NCBI RefSeq assembly: GCF_000181795.1
Contig: NW_003526941.1
Span: forward strand, 9,740,605 to 9,804,604
Reading direction: 5' to 3'
DNA: 64,000 nucleotides
From: Trichinella spiralis
Lineage: Eukaryota
The stretch's first letter is position 1; each line of letters starts with the position of its first letter. Below, in pieces: positions 1 to 14,893 of this stretch. Below the pieces are notes generated by a model. It was given only the letters and a program-made list of their open reading frames with translations, was not told where the DNA came from and searched no databases. The position numbers were made by a program, and so were the translations under genes.

Positions 1-2673
1 GCCGATAGTCAACAAAGTCAATTTGACTGGCCCACTGTTAATATGATGGCAATTTTCAGACCGCCCTATTTGCATAAAAGTCAGATATTGCGCGCGTTGC
101 GCTGAAAAGCGTTTTACGTGCGCTGAATAAGCTACTCAAAAATGAACTGGAACACAATACGATAAATGAAGGTTTGAAATGATTTGAAAAAATATTCAGA
201 TGCACTGCCACATTCAACCAATAAAAACTACTGAAAATTCAAAAATGACCTTGACGTTTACAATTCAGTCAAAATATAAACTATCTGACAGAAAACGACA
301 TAACAAAAACACTGACTTTGCCAAAACACGCCTCCGCATTTCTGGATTTGAGATTTGAAAATTCAAAAATGGCCTACATAAATGGAACTCATCGCAGAAA
401 ACTTTTCACTAAAACATAAGCACACTAGTTGCGCGCGATGGAAAACAAAATTAGCAAGACAAAATACATAATTTAGCGAATATATCTTTGATGACATGGA
501 ATTAAAAAAGTAATATGTGATAATCAAATTAATTTCTGTATGAAAATCGACATTTCGCTGTATTAAACGATAGAAAACACTAAGCGCTAAGTAATATTCG
601 GCTTGCTCTGTTTAAAATGAAATTCAACGCTATGAGGAAATAAAAATTGAAAAATTAAACGTATTCTACAGTTAATTATAAACGGCTACCCAAATAATAA
701 ATTGAAATAGGAATTTTTCTTCAAAACCTTCAACGGTCAGTTTACATGTATTTGAGAATTGTGCATGAAAAGTATATCAATTGTTGTATTTATTCGAATG
801 AAAACCTACATAAATACATAAATATACTAATGTTCATACAAAAGATGACAAATTAAGTTTTAAAATTAAATTTTTACCTGAAATACAGCTTTTTTCACTT
901 GCACTTTCGTTACGCACCGCCACCGTCAATCGCACACCACTGAAATGAGGCATTAACCATTGATACAACGCTTGTGTTTCTATGATTGGTCCGTTATTTT
1001 GTAACCTTCTAATCAGTGATTTGGCAATTAATATACTGTATATCCACCACANNNNNNNNNNCAGTGGCCCGATCCTCATAAAAATTAAGCGGCGGAATCA
1101 GCAACAGCGTAACGATTGAACTAAAAAAGGATCAAAGAAATCAAAATCAAAAAGATGAAAAACGAATGGAAATTGTAATATATATGCTTGTACATCTGAA
1201 AAGTTATATTTACAATGTAATATTCAAATATCAAATTTACTAAAATCAAACACAACCAATTTACGGAATAACTTACATGATGTCGAAGTTACGATTCAAG
1301 TGATGTGGTGCTGCTGATGGCATTTCTATCCTACACGGAAATAATCACGATTACAAACAAACAGCAGTGCAAAATTATTATGATGCATAGTTACTACATT
1401 CAGTGACTTTGCAGAATCTAGTCGTTTCGTATTCATTGATATGAATAAAAAACAAATTCTGAAAATGAATTATATTAATACAGTCATCTCAAAATGAAAA
1501 ACAGAAATAGGTACTTCTTCGTCTTCAGCATCTGAAAGTTAGCAATAACAACACTAGTAAAAGACCCGTCAGTTTCAATTCACCATATTAGTACAGTACC
1601 ATGCATTACATAGCACCACCAAAATATCAAATTCAACTTACCGGCATTTAATGGTTGGTTTTCAAGAGCGGAATGAATTATTATAGTTGACCACGTGCCT
1701 GACTGATATCATAAAAGTGAACAGAATAAACTAATGCAATCGAAGTGCTCTGATTAAATGCATAATAATAATTATACAAATGACTATTTTCTTTACCTCC
1801 GGAAGAACACCCTAATTTATAAATTATATAAAAAAACAAACTAATTTACAAAATTCTTACCGATGAAAACCATCCCAGGCGCAAATTGGCATTGGGAAGA
1901 AAACTACGACCTAATGTAATCGGATCCTGATGTTTTATGCAACCTGTGAATAACAGGATAACATTTAATCCATTAAATGGTTGGCGTCTATTCCATATAT
2001 CTGTGAAGTCTTCGGTCGTCAGCTGCCTTCATCATATCATGATGAGCTGGCAACGACACGATAAATGATCAGCACAATGACGCCGATGCCAGACTCACAG
2101 ATTAGCAACTGCCGAAATTACCATAATTAATTGGCCGATTCGGTGGGTCTGATGCACGGATGTGAATATGACTGCGAAAATTGGAAATAAGAAGGACTCT
2201 CCACGTCAGGAAATTCAGTCATGTGAACGCACTAATACTCAATCTGGTCTCTCTGTTCAACTGTAATTTTATGTGCGATGTAAACTGAATTATCCTGCTT
2301 CGCTTCAATCATGTTCGTAGTATTGCTTTCGTTAGAATCAACACACTCCACTAAAAAATCAGATTTTCATTTTAACCTTAAATATTTTTCTAGAACTACA
2401 ACGATAACCTGCCGACGCTTAATATTACAGTAATGAAAAATTGCAGCAACTTTAATTTCTCAAACGAAGAAAAGAATTAACATTTCTGTTAAATAAACTA
2501 ACAGAAAATAAGAAATATATATATACATTTTTCCATATTTTGATTAATTACAAAGTATTTTTGAGTAGTACTTAATTTTCAGTAACTTACTTTTCGAAAC
2601 TGTAGTGTTATTTCCGACTGTCATTTGGTTGGTTTTCATCGTTGAAATTATTGGAAGATAGTATCAATTTGAA

Positions 2674-3427
2674 ATGGATTCAGCATCAGATACACTTTAT
2701 AATTACGAAATTGCCACGTACTACAAAGAACAGGAAGAATTTTTGAATGATAGCACATTCGGGACACCACTGATCGAACACGCCCGATTTCAAGCAGTTG
2801 TAACAAACTGGAGTACTCCAGATCATTTTCATGTTAATTTCATGATTTTTAAAAGTAAGCAAACCGACATGGATAGAAAAATGGATGTTTTTTATAATGA
2901 AACGAAACATCTACCTAATGTCAATTTTGAATCGATGACCAGAATTAATGCTGTGGGATTGCCGGTCGCAGTGTTGATAAATCAGAAGTGGACGAGAGGT
3001 ATAATTACTTGTAAAGTTGACAATTCATTCCGAATTCTTCACGTAGACGTTGGCATTCAAACTATTGAGCAGTTGGACAGAATTCGACCGTTATACTGCC
3101 AATTTGCAGAATTACCACCGTTGGCGTTCAAATGCTATCTTCGAGATTTAAAAGCATGGTGTTCTAAATGAATATATAATGCAGAAACTTGACAGAGTCA
3201 TGGTAAAAGACAAAGAATTTGACTGCGAAATTTCTAGTTGGGACAAAATATCGTCATTACCGGTAAAGATGTATGAGCTAGGTAGTTCCGTAGATGTTAT
3301 TGATGTGCATTTGTCTTCGTACTTTAAAAAGCAGCAACGTAGATTGGCTCAACGACAAAGAGATCTGGAACAACAGAAACAGCGACAAAAGTGGTACGTC
3401 GAAAGTGAAAGTGACGAATCAATGTGA
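2674..3427 (+). CDS. Intronless extended-Tudor-domain protein (~250 aa), interrupted by a +1 frameshift at ~3166-3168 (sequencing error or recent pseudogene)
   Basis: ORF 2674-3171 has the extended Tudor pattern (VVTNWSTPDHFHV...KWTRGII...LHVDVG...LDRIRPLYCQFAELPPLAFKCYL). ORF 3179-3427 continues it in the +1 frame. Removing one A from CTAAATG gives continuous WCSNEYIMQKLD. Confidence 0.75.
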
Positions 3428-6400
3428 CCAGAACATGTGCGTTATTTATTTCATTTTTGTTATAAAGCAGCTTTGATCAGTATGATGAAATTGTAGCACA
3501 TAAAGTGCCACTTTAATGTTTTCATTTCATAGTTTGTTTGAATTTATAAGTAAAACTGCCATTTATATATAGCCTCTTCTTGTGTATTAGAGTTTAATTT
3601 GAAAAAACATTCGCTGTTATTATTGTAAAAAAATGGTCGAAAAACCGCTTCTCGCTATTGCACTTTGTTAATGTTGACTAATCAGGTGAAAAACACGTGC
3701 AAAAGCATAAAATATGTTCAATGTCTATAAAATTTGCATTAATAGATCATACGAAGAATGCTGCATATGATGTTATTAGGATATTTTCATTTCTATTAAT
3801 TTTAAACCCTTCCATTTGCTAAACTGCAATAAAACAAACATTAAAAAATCTTCATTTTTCACTTTTCTTCCTGTAGACTTAGTTTTGTAAAATTCGTGAA
3901 ATAAATAACAGATTCGGGTGGAGCACGTTATTCTGCACATTTTGATACCAAACTCAGGTCTATAGTTATTTTTTTGTTCCAAAACGACTATGTTTTCCTA
4001 ATCCCTTTCTATAGTTTTAACATAAACACATAAAAAAGTGTTGAAATTGCATATATACATATACAGCATTCTTCGTACTATCCATTAGAACATATTTTAT
4101 AAAAATTGAACATACTTCCTGTTTATACATGTGTTTTCTAATGAGGGGTCTGCCACACTTCAACGTACCTTTCAACATTGCGATGTTCTGTAGATCGAAC
4201 AAAAATTCCTGGAACATTGCAATTTCTTTCAAAATATGTCATATCATTTCAAAAGAGATGTCACAAAGCTATAAAAGTAAAAATTGACAGAGTGTATCTA
4301 ACAGAAATCCACCAGGCGTGTGCTATACCCGAACAAACCAAAGGGTCAAACGAGACGATGAAATTTATTCCGCTTTTATTTACACACTTCATTTAATTAC
4401 GTAATATTGCATTATTACGTAACATAGCATTATTATGCAAATTTATTTTACTAAAATTAGTTTTAACGAAAATTCATTAACCTGAAATATTGCAAATTAC
4501 TAAAAATAACCAGAAATGCTTTTATATACACAATTGATAGAATGTAGCTGCTTAAAAGTAGGAGGTGATACAATAATTTATATTTTACCACCAATGATTA
4601 TTTTCTTCAAATCAAAATTATATGAATAGTAAAAAATTGTTTCTACTGAAAATAGTTTCGAAAATGAAATACGTTTTTAAATTTGTAGAAAATAAAAACA
4701 GTTTACATGAAATTTTATGATGATAATTGCGACAGAAATTGTAAAACCTGCAATTTACCTCAGCATAGAATTTCACGAGTAACGCAGTGAAGGAAGGCAT
4801 CGTGATGGTAAACGGTTATGTCAGTGGTTTATGCTGCTTGCCAGCTTATTTCAACTTGCCTTTTGCGTTCGTTTTCGCTTTCTGATGGTGACTTACTACA
4901 AGACTGTAAATTCTGTTGAGCGCTGCTGCATTAGCACAGCTTTATACAATGAGAGATATACTTATTCGAATAAACTGAGTAACCGAACGTTTTCTATAAT
5001 GATGATTTCAAGAAACTTTTGCTGCTGGCCATTGTGTATTGCATTTTATGAAAAGAATAAAACCAAAGCATCAATAATAGTCAAGGCTATTAGTATGAAT
5101 CGCCCTTATAAGTATGAAAGTATCGCGGCGCAAAAATTGATCAGTGTCGAGCATCTAAGTATGCAATTGCTGTAATGCCGGTGACAGACATTTCTATTAA
5201 ACAGTTGACCAAGTATGTTAAGTCAGCAGTAAGCATCACACAGGGCATTAAAGATAACGGCTATGTGAATACTATTTTACAAATGCATTTCTAAGAACTA
5301 TTGAGAATTATATCTGCATATATCATTACTACTATACATTACAGTTGGAGATAGGCGCGTATCTAATAAAGTATTGATTATCTGTTGAACATCATTACTA
5401 CAGAAGAAAAACGCATTAGGTTCCATTCAAAAAAATTAAACTTAATCAACTACAAAGGTTGTAAAAGCGGCCATATTTTTTGTAGTATGCGTGGAGAAGG
5501 ACAGAATATAAATGATTAAAAAAATATGTAAAAATTCATCATACCTGACAGCAGCCCCATCGATGATGAAGTTTGAAGCGAACGCAGAACCGTAAATGTA
5601 CCAACTGATGCATGTCTTTTAACCATATCTACGGTCTAACATTCACGACGTATTTGTTGATCTGCAGCACCAAGACGACCAAATATCGCAGTGCAATAAT
5701 TCGAGTGCCCTTCTTCAGCGAAAATTTATATAATAATAGCCTACCAAAAATAAACAGAGATATACGTATGGCAAATCGCTTACGTATTTGAATGGCCTGG
5801 AGTGCTTGCGGCAAAATGCCATCGTCGGTGTTCACCATCAAATTACCATAAAGTTAATCTGTTGACCTAAAAATGCCCATTTGCTTTTAAAGTGTAAAAG
5901 AATGCAGTGAGCTAGCTAGCATCACAGATTATAATTTTCAATAAGTTGCAGATGAAAATCACTACCGATCTTCAACATTATTATGCCGTAACTAAACGAA
6001 ACATAGTCGAACGGAAATGAGACTGAACAGAAATGCTTATCACATATAAATCATGCAACAGTAGACTATTATTGAATAATAATTGTTGTCTTCGCATGCA
6101 ATAATACTCAGCACTATAATAATACTTTGCAATGAATAATAACATGTTCGGCGATATTAATATTATTAATTTCAAATAACTGATAGTTTAATTCACGTTG
6201 TAATCAGTTCTTCATCTATGTCTTTGAAAAAAAATTAAAAAGCAGTTGAAAAACATTACCATAAACCAAAAACGTCATTCTTATGAACTGATATTTTCTT
6301 GAAATGCTCATTTAGTGCAATAAACTGAAAATTACACATCTCAGTCATGGCTTAGAATGTTTGGAAACGGCAGCACCGCTGTGTCCAAGCATTTGCCAAA

Positions 6401-8097
6401 AGTTGAAATAAAACATTACATAACAGAAACATGGTGTAAAAACGAAATTCAATCTTTTCCCCTGTCTCCATTCAAAAATACCCTTCTAAATTTAGAAATG
6501 ATATTTAGAAAATCAAAAATAATTATTCATACTCGATTCATATTACAGTTTTATATTCAAGAGGTTCTGAAATTTTCATGCTCTTGCTTCTTTTAAAAAC
6601 TTTATTTATTTCAACTTCGGGGATGTGACCACTTGGCCAAGTGTTGATGAGGAAAAATAAATTAGCCAATCGCTTCCAACAATTATTTACAAGACAGGCA
6701 TGGGAAAATATGTTTTATCCAAAAGTCTTCATCTGCTTAAACGTTTAATCTATGAAGTTAAATCAGAATTTGAAAATGTCAATGAAATTTGGAATCAGGC
6801 AATAGGGAAAGGATAAAATTCAAGAAAAATAAAAGAAATAATAGTTTTTCAAATTCATCAGCAGTGAATAAAGCGAAAAATAAAAAAAGTACAAGTATAT
6901 ATGGTAATAAAATATATTCATACTTACCTTTGGAAGATATGGAAACTTTGGCAACAGGATATGTCAGCCGGAAACTGCCTGAGTTGAGTATTTCGACGTT
7001 GCATCGGTAGTTCAAACTTCACATATATATATATATGCATAAAGATTGATGAATACCACACAATATATACAAATATAAAATAGTAATACTATACAATGGC
7101 GCATAAACTAGTCGAGATAAAGATGAAGTAGATCACAACAGAAGCAGGACATGAAAATAAAAATATCACATTTCATTATTAATGTATGATTTTTGCTGTT
7201 CTGTATTTAGTGTACTTGAAACGTTGAAAAGGGTGGAGTATCGCATCTCTTTTGTATATTGCAAGATGTTGCACAACTAAGCTTCTTTTCATCCGACTTG
7301 TTTGCATTTCTAGAGTAGTGGAATCTTTTTCCACTTTCAGAATATGCACCGACGGTTCGAGTACACGTATCACAATAACAACCAACAGTGGAATACGAGC
7401 ATGCGAACGTTTCCACCACCAACTGCAATAAAATATTATTAATATTTATTATTTGTGCTGCATATTATTCTCGCCATTTACTGTTTCTTCTTAATAAATT
7501 TCTGTGGAATTTCACAACAGTTTCCGATAATACTTTTTTTGTGGAAAAAAATGAAAATTTTAAAACTGAAAATTCGAAAGGTTCGAACAAAAATTTAAAT
7601 ATATGCTGCTGATTAATGTTTTGTTTAAAATTTGGGAAAATTTCTATCAAGAAATATCAGCACACAAGGGAAATTTTGTTGTCTCAATATTAGATCATAT
7701 TTATACCAAATAATATAACTGAGATAAGCAACTTGAAAATGAATAAGCGCATTTTTTTCTAAAAACTATTGCACACTTTCTTAGCTCTGTATTACTCTTC
7801 AATTTTGTCTGTAACCACGCAAGTGAACGAACGTATAACACTCGAATAAAAATTTGCATGCATTTTCTGGTAAACAACTCTTACTATGCCTGCTGTTCAT
7901 TAGGTCCAGAAAAGAAACTTTACGCAAATGTTAGCCTAAATCATTGAAACAGCAAAACAATCAACAATCAACAACAACAAAATCAGTATATGACTTTTCA
8001 ACTTTCACAATATGAAATGTCATGATATTTCTCCCATTTCCTAGGGTGCTATTAAATTGACCGAAAAATGCATGTGAAANNNNNNNNNNGCGTAACA

Positions 8098-9115
8098 TAT
8101 ATATATTTAGAGATATGACAAGCAAGATTACAATAGCTGAAATTAGTAGCATATGTTGGAATGTTCAAGATTTTTTAAACTAAAATGCAAATTTATTACA
8201 AGATATCGCATCTTAATTCTTAATTATTCAATGGAAATCCAAAATCATTTTCTGTTAAACTTAAATATTCACAATGATTTGAAATTCTTAAGAAAATAAT
8301 GGGTCTGATTACATGATACAATTATTATCATATTATTACAAATGTTTAGTGTCTTGTCATGGGTCCCACGGTTATTTATTATTATTTTGCAAAAAATTCA
8401 TTACGTTAACTTTATTGCACCTGAAATGTGTTTTATTATTCATCAATGAAATATTTGTATATAAAATATTGGAAGGGGTCTTTTTGCTACCATCACGAGT
8501 CCCTACGCGTATTCAGCGTCAACGTTACGAACAAGAGGAAATTATGAAAATGTCAATCCCTTACCATTCTGCTTCCGCAGCACCATTTGAATTATAACAT
8601 TTTGAATCTGGGGAAACCAAGCCATAAAACAAAAATCCATCTGATGTGCGTTATAAGGCATTCTGCATTAACAAGCATTTTTGGATAACGTCTGTTACCC
8701 TACTAAATTATTAATCAGCTTCTTTTGTTTTATATTTTCTGAGATTTATTCTTCGGTCAAATAAATATAGCTTGTAAACTTGAGAAATAATTGTTTATCC
8801 ATTGTACTATAAACAAATATATTCTTTTATCATGTAATAATCTAAGAAAACTTGTTTAAATGTTTTTATTTGAAATGAATTTTCATTTAAATCTTTATTT
8901 CTGTTAGATATTTTATTCTTTCGTTGTTTCATTTTGAACACCATAAGTAATTTGTTTCTTACGTACATAATAATTTGGTTCAAGAGATCATAACTGTAAG
9001 ATTATTTTACTTTTATTTCTTTACGTATTAATATATTTCCTCATATTTCTATAAATAATTTCAGCTACTTTATTTTGTTTTTGTAATATATCTGGGAATA
9101 TCATGTAAATTATTT
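8098..9115. repeat. ~1-kb near-identical paralogue of 19020-20055 (DNase II intron 1, exon 1 and upstream region)
   Basis: Direct visual alignment with few substitutions and indels. Confidence 0.9.
8565..8678 (-). pseudogene. DNase II-like exon 1 (signal peptide) with a 14-bp frameshifting deletion; probable first exon of the gene body at 38163-39524
   Basis: Near-identical to exon 1 at 19488-19615 but lacks TGTTGCTTCTAAAT (+ strand). Reads MLVNAECLITHIRWIFVLWLGFPRFKML*. The GT donor is retained at 8564-8563. Confidence 0.85.
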
Positions 9116-10589
9116 TTTTAACGTTGTACATAACTTTTTTTAAATTCTGCATCTGTATTTATAGGAACATTGCAGTAAAATGAAGCGAGGCTATGAAATT
9201 GAAAAAATGTTGACTATTTTGAAAGTAATAGAAAATCAGAAAAAAGAAAAGTAGTATTTAACTATAGCAAACAAAAATTTCAGAACCGATAGTAAACATC
9301 TTCATAAAGTAAGCAAATAGTTTGATATTTCTTGAATGTACACACTTCACTGCTGCAAGTATAACTTCTGTGATATAGATTTTTAAATTCTGTTGATTTT
9401 TAAATCACATATCAAATGTGACAGAAATACTATTAGTTTATACCTTGAAATTTCGTGTAAAATAAAAGCGCCTCAATTTTTGATTGCTTATATACATATA
9501 TATATGTAACATGCTGCATCTGATATAAATATAGCAGTATTAAAGATTCCCGGTGCGCATATAGCGCAAATAAAACAAATATAAAAAACAATTCATTTTC
9601 TTTATTGCATGTATATCAATTTCATAAATTTTTTCATTACATAAATGTGTATTACCCTAACTGGAAAATGACTGATCAAAAACAACTGCATTTTCAATTT
9701 GCATTAGTTGGCAATCAACAATAATGACATTCCAATTTGTGCGAGTGTTACTTCAAGCATTCTTGACCATGAATCTATAGGTGATTAATTTAAATAATTT
9801 TTCCAGTTGAACTGCGTCGTATCTTTATTTCATTCCAATTAAATATAATTTGAATTTTTAAAAAAACTACTGTGCTAATTCGGCATTTAGGATGCTGCTG
9901 CAGCAATTACATTTCGCAACATTGCATATAGATTTCACATAAATATTGAAATTGGTTGTAATAGCATATGGCTATCATTTCATAATGTTCCTACACTGAA
10001 ATTTGTCCTTGCCCGACAAAGCAAAGCAATCAGATTCTTTTCTTAAATAGTATCTTCACAATGTGATAAGATGGGAACAGGATTCCAAACGAAATAAGAA
10101 ATAAAATAAAAGAAATTTAAGTATATTTAAAATATGTGAAACAACATAAAAACAGCTTAAATTAGATAATTTACATATGTCAGCATATTCAGGATTTTTC
10201 AGATTAATTCGCAAATTTATAATAAATTCCATTGCAAGCTGTTGCAAGCAAAAACTGCATTCTTGTGAAAATTTTATTTAATGAATATCAAAAATCATTT
10301 TCATCTGAACAAAAATAATTGAGTTGCCTTGATAAATAATGATATGAATACATGATAAAATTAAAATGAGATAATTGCAAATGTTTTATGTTCTGCCATA
10401 GCTGTCGCTGTTATTCATCATTGTATTGAAAACAGTTCTTATAAAAACTTAAAACCACCACCAACATCAATAAAATACATTCAAGAAAAAATGTTGAGAA
10501 ACATCTCTTTGAGTTAAGAAGAAGGCGCTACCCATATACTGCATCAGCGTTCTGAACAAACAGAAAATTGCAAAATGACAATCACTTAC

Positions 10590-10717
10590 CAATCAGCTGG
10601 CGCACTGCCATCTAAATTATAACATTTTGATGTAGCTAGAGAATATCTGGGAAATGAGAACCATAAAACAAAAATCCATCTAATGTGCATTATAAAGCAA
10701 TCTGCATTAACAAGCAT
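10590..10717 (-). other. Intact DNase II-like exon 1 (signal-peptide exon) with no adjacent gene body
   Basis: 128 bp, MLVNADCFIMHIRWIFVLWFSFPRYSLATSKCYNLDGSAPAD-W, phase-2 GTAAG donor as in paralogues. It is followed by sequence resembling intron 1 of the 22894-25936 gene (9735-10260 vs 24955-25450), but no exons 2-6. Confidence 0.8.
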
Positions 10718-12614
10718 CTTATAATTCGTCAGTGTTTGTTGCCCTATCAAATCATTAAGCAGCTTCTTTTGTTGTTGTAAATTTTCTAAGATTTATTCTT
10801 CAAACAAATAAATACAGATCGTAAACTTGAAAAATAAATGTTTACTTATTGCACTGCAAATAAATATTTCCTTTTAAGATATAATTATTTAAATAAAGCT
10901 TCATATTTAAAATGCTTTTCTATAACATGACTTGAACACTCATTTTCCATTAATTAATCATTTTATAGATAATAAAATATCATTTAACCTTACAATTAGT
11001 AAAACGCTTTTGCACACAACTTTTACCAAAAGAGGTATGACTGGCCTCACTATTTTATTTGCATTTTCACGTTAACTGATATGTGTGAACCAATAAAAAA
11101 AGTCGTGGCAGCTAAAATCAACCGGAAGTCTCTTTTTTTCCACAAAAATTTTTATTGTCGCGGTAGTGATAATTAAGGTAGACAAAATGATGTTTGGCGT
11201 ATGTAATCTTTCATCCGTAAACAATTGTGTGTTCTCTCCTCAATCTTTGAAGAATTAAATGATTGAACGGTGGAATTATTTTTCACACGCCTGCAAGCTA
11301 CTGCTTATAGCTGTGAATCTAATCGGTGCTGATGAATTATATCTGTACAACAAGTCACCTACTTTCTATACTTTTTGAAGATACCGCTTACTTTTTGAAA
11401 TTTGTAATTCAAATATGCGCGTGCACACAAATATAGACAACATAGTATTTTCTTCTTGTTCCTTTTAATTTTTCTTCAGAGAAATCAGAAAGTATGATAT
11501 CTTCATCATCTGATATTATCTCTGTTTTAAACTCGCTGTTCTGTTCTGCCTCCGACACAAAACTGTAGACATTCATGACTGAAATATCTGTTACCAACGA
11601 AATTTCTTGTGATCTACTGTTCTCTGAAAGATTGTCGCGATTGGTCAGTAATTAGCTAATGTGAGTTTACGATCTTTTGCAACATTTGTTCTGATTTCTC
11701 ATTTTATCTATTATTGAAGATCAACTTCCGATATTCCATGTGACGTCAATGCCTTTTCTTCATACTAGCAAAAGAAAATTAATCACACACAGACTGCTGT
11801 AAGGCTTTCAGAAAATCCTGGCCCATAACAATTACTGCACAATTTTTGATTCAACTCAACTGGAAATCAACTTCTGAGGTCTTTTTAGTTTTCCGTTGCT
11901 GGGGTCCAACTAAACCCCTTATGGTAACCGTAGGGATATGAGGTTGTGATTGTGAGGAGCAGTATGTCCAATAAAATGTGATCGAAATTGATTATTTGTT
12001 GAAATATCATATTAAGGAGAGAAATTTATTTCCAAAATAAATTATATCAAATGAATACTGTTTTATATACTTTGTATATAGAAGGCAAGGAATGCTTTGA
12101 AAAATATGCATACCGTTAACATCAGTTTTACTTTCCAAAATGAGCACTTTGCAATATGAATTCCTTACTTACATATTACCAAATTGTTTTGAATAATAAG
12201 AATATGATTTCGGTTGTTGGGAAATGCGCAATAGCACATGGAAATATATTTCTATGAAATGAAAATTAATAGAAAATTAAATAATGTAGAATTTTCAATT
12301 ATTCAAACGAAAAATTGACAGATATAACATTAGTAATGGTCAATGCATACGGAAACCGATCTGTTCAATCTTAGTTAAAGTATTCTAATTTGCATAAAAT
12401 TGCTCACTACAGAAAGATTGCTTTGAACATTGTGATTGAGTTAAATACATAATAAACTATTTAGAAAACCAAGAATAAAAATATGGTTGTAGTTGGACTG
12501 TTGATGTTTAAATATATTTTGTTAAATTTTAGGTGCATGCAGTAAATTTCCTTTCCATTTTATTCATTTGAAGTTATCATATACAAAATGAGTTCGATCA
12601 TCACCCTTCTACCT

Positions 12615-14893
12615 TCATGCGCAATTTTCTACATTCTGACCAATTCGATTGAAATGACCAAAAATTGTAGCATCATCAATGCAAACCGCTATTGCTGGCT
12701 CTTTTGTTTGGCTTTTCTAAAAAAAGGATTTTCTTAAACTACTGCTTCGTGCAACTTCAAATTTACATGATAAGGTTTGTCAATAACACAAAATTTGTTT
12801 CCTGGTTCACTAATTAACCACTGAGAGACATCACTTTCAAGAGAACTTGCATGACCATTAACATCAATAGGACTTGTTACTAATTTTATATTTCTGTTCA
12901 AAATCCGGCAGTCACTTTTCAATGTTTTATCTCTTGTTGTCCAAACTTTGATGCCTGTCTTTAATTTCTTCACAAGTACTCTTCGGTAAATCTCTGCAAT
13001 TATTTTTTTTAATTTACATGAAATTCTCAGCAAATTGCAATAAGAGATGTGCTATTCATCCATTCAAATGCATATGATGAGATCATGTTAAGAAAACACG
13101 CCTTACAACTGTAAAAATGTATTCTGTTCATTGCGTTGATTATGATAGCATTTTTCACAAACATTCTATATTTCTGTAAAAAAATTCTGAAATTTTTCTT
13201 TCCCGTATAATGTGTTTCTCAGGATCAAATTATAATTATGACTACAATTTCAGCAAACTTTTTTGTTTGCCGCATATACTATTACTGTAAAATAAAAGAC
13301 GAATTAAAGCAGATTTATATCAGCAGAACAAAATTCTGCCAAATTTTTTTCTGAAAATTTAGCAGTAACACATGTAACTTACCATATTTTGATTTTTCAC
13401 TTTTACTATATATTGTCATTTTCAATCCTTGAGCAGCTGCTGTAGAAATTTGCTGTGTCACGGTTAATGGTGGCGTTAATCTTGATTCGCCATTAACCAA
13501 TTTTTTCAGATTTGGTCGAGCTGGATCATCTGGTATATCATTGTGATATATCAACGGAGTTGCAATTCTCAAGGCCATTGCTAGAAATTGCATGCATTTT
13601 ATCGCTATATTATTATTCAAATACATTTGCTTCAAATTCTTTTTCTGCATGAAATGCTAAGCATCTTCCAAATAGTTCTGCGTAAATGTAATCCTTTTCA
13701 TGCAAATAAATTTACCAATTGCATCAATTTCGCTTTTTTTAATTGTCAAACAGATAAACAAATGTCCTTTCTGAATTTCTGCAGGTGGAAATACGTATCC
13801 TCTTAGCGCTTTCGGGAAACCTGGTATTGTGTGAACAATCCATGAAGCTTCATCTACGTCATTTGGGTTCATCATTAAGACTCCTGGGTAAAATTATGAT
13901 TATAAAATTTTCCATTTCTTGTTTTAACATTCTTTCTTGTTACCTTTGCTGTTTGATTTTGTTTTTACTTTCGGAACATCCGGTGGAATATTGTTGTAGG
14001 CAATAAATTTGTTTGCTGCATCTGCCATAATGACATGTTCAAGTGATTTTACAACTGCATGTCCATTAGGCCCCGTAAGATCTTGAGTATTTTGCCATGC
14101 ATTAGGGTTAGCGCCCGCAATCAATGCTTTTCCTATATTTTGAGCTGGCGCTTTGTATATAACAACCCTATATTGAATGAGTGATAAGTTGGTAAATTCT
14201 CTAGTTAATCGTTTCATAATTTTTATTTTTTTATAATTAATAAATGTTATTTATAAAATCTAGTGCAGCAAAAGTTTTGTTTATTAAGAAGATGTAAAAT
14301 TAACTTTTCAGAACATTTCAACTGTTGCTCAAGACACGTTCCTCCTTTACATAACTAAGAAGACAAAATTATCAGGAACACAAAAGTGTATTTGATATTC
14401 GCTGCCACTGTACACTAATCACTTCAGTAGCTTAATACCGCTGCTGTTTATACGCAAGTTACTTTTACCTGGATCTAGCAAACGTGCAAGTAAAGCATAT
14501 AAATTAATTAAAAATACACTAATTCTTTTCAATTAAAATAAAATATTCACAATCACAATGATTTGAAATTCTTCGGAAAATCATGGATATGATTACATGG
14601 TAGAATTAGAATGATATCATTAGTGTCCTGCTATAGCTTCTGTGGTTATTAATGTTTTATATATTACATTTAAGTGAAAGTGTTCTCTTTGCTTTTACAG
14701 GGAGACGCTACGCATATTCTACATCAGCGTTTAGAGCAAACAGAAAGTTAAAAAATAATTCTTACCAATCTGCTAGCGCAGCACCATTCAAACCATAACA
14801 TTTTGATGTAGCTACTGAATATCTTGGAAAAGAGAAGCATAAAACGAAAATCAATCTAAAGTGCATTGTAAAGCAGTCTGCATTAACAAGCAT
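12615..14893 (-). CDS. Secreted DNase II-like (plancitoxin-like) protein, copy 1, 348 aa, six exons
   Basis: Exons 14893-14766, 14167-13944, 13883-13716, 13580-13383, 12993-12767, 12716-12615; all GT-AG and in phase. DNase II hallmarks: DW-VVIYKAP, YNNIPP, WIVHTIPGFP, GHLFICLT, C-terminal AVC. Confidence 0.92.

Noticed and set aside
2036..2155. Possible box C/D snoRNA (ATGATGA...CTGA)
   Set aside because: Short boxes occur by chance, and no convincing terminal stem or rRNA guide was identified.
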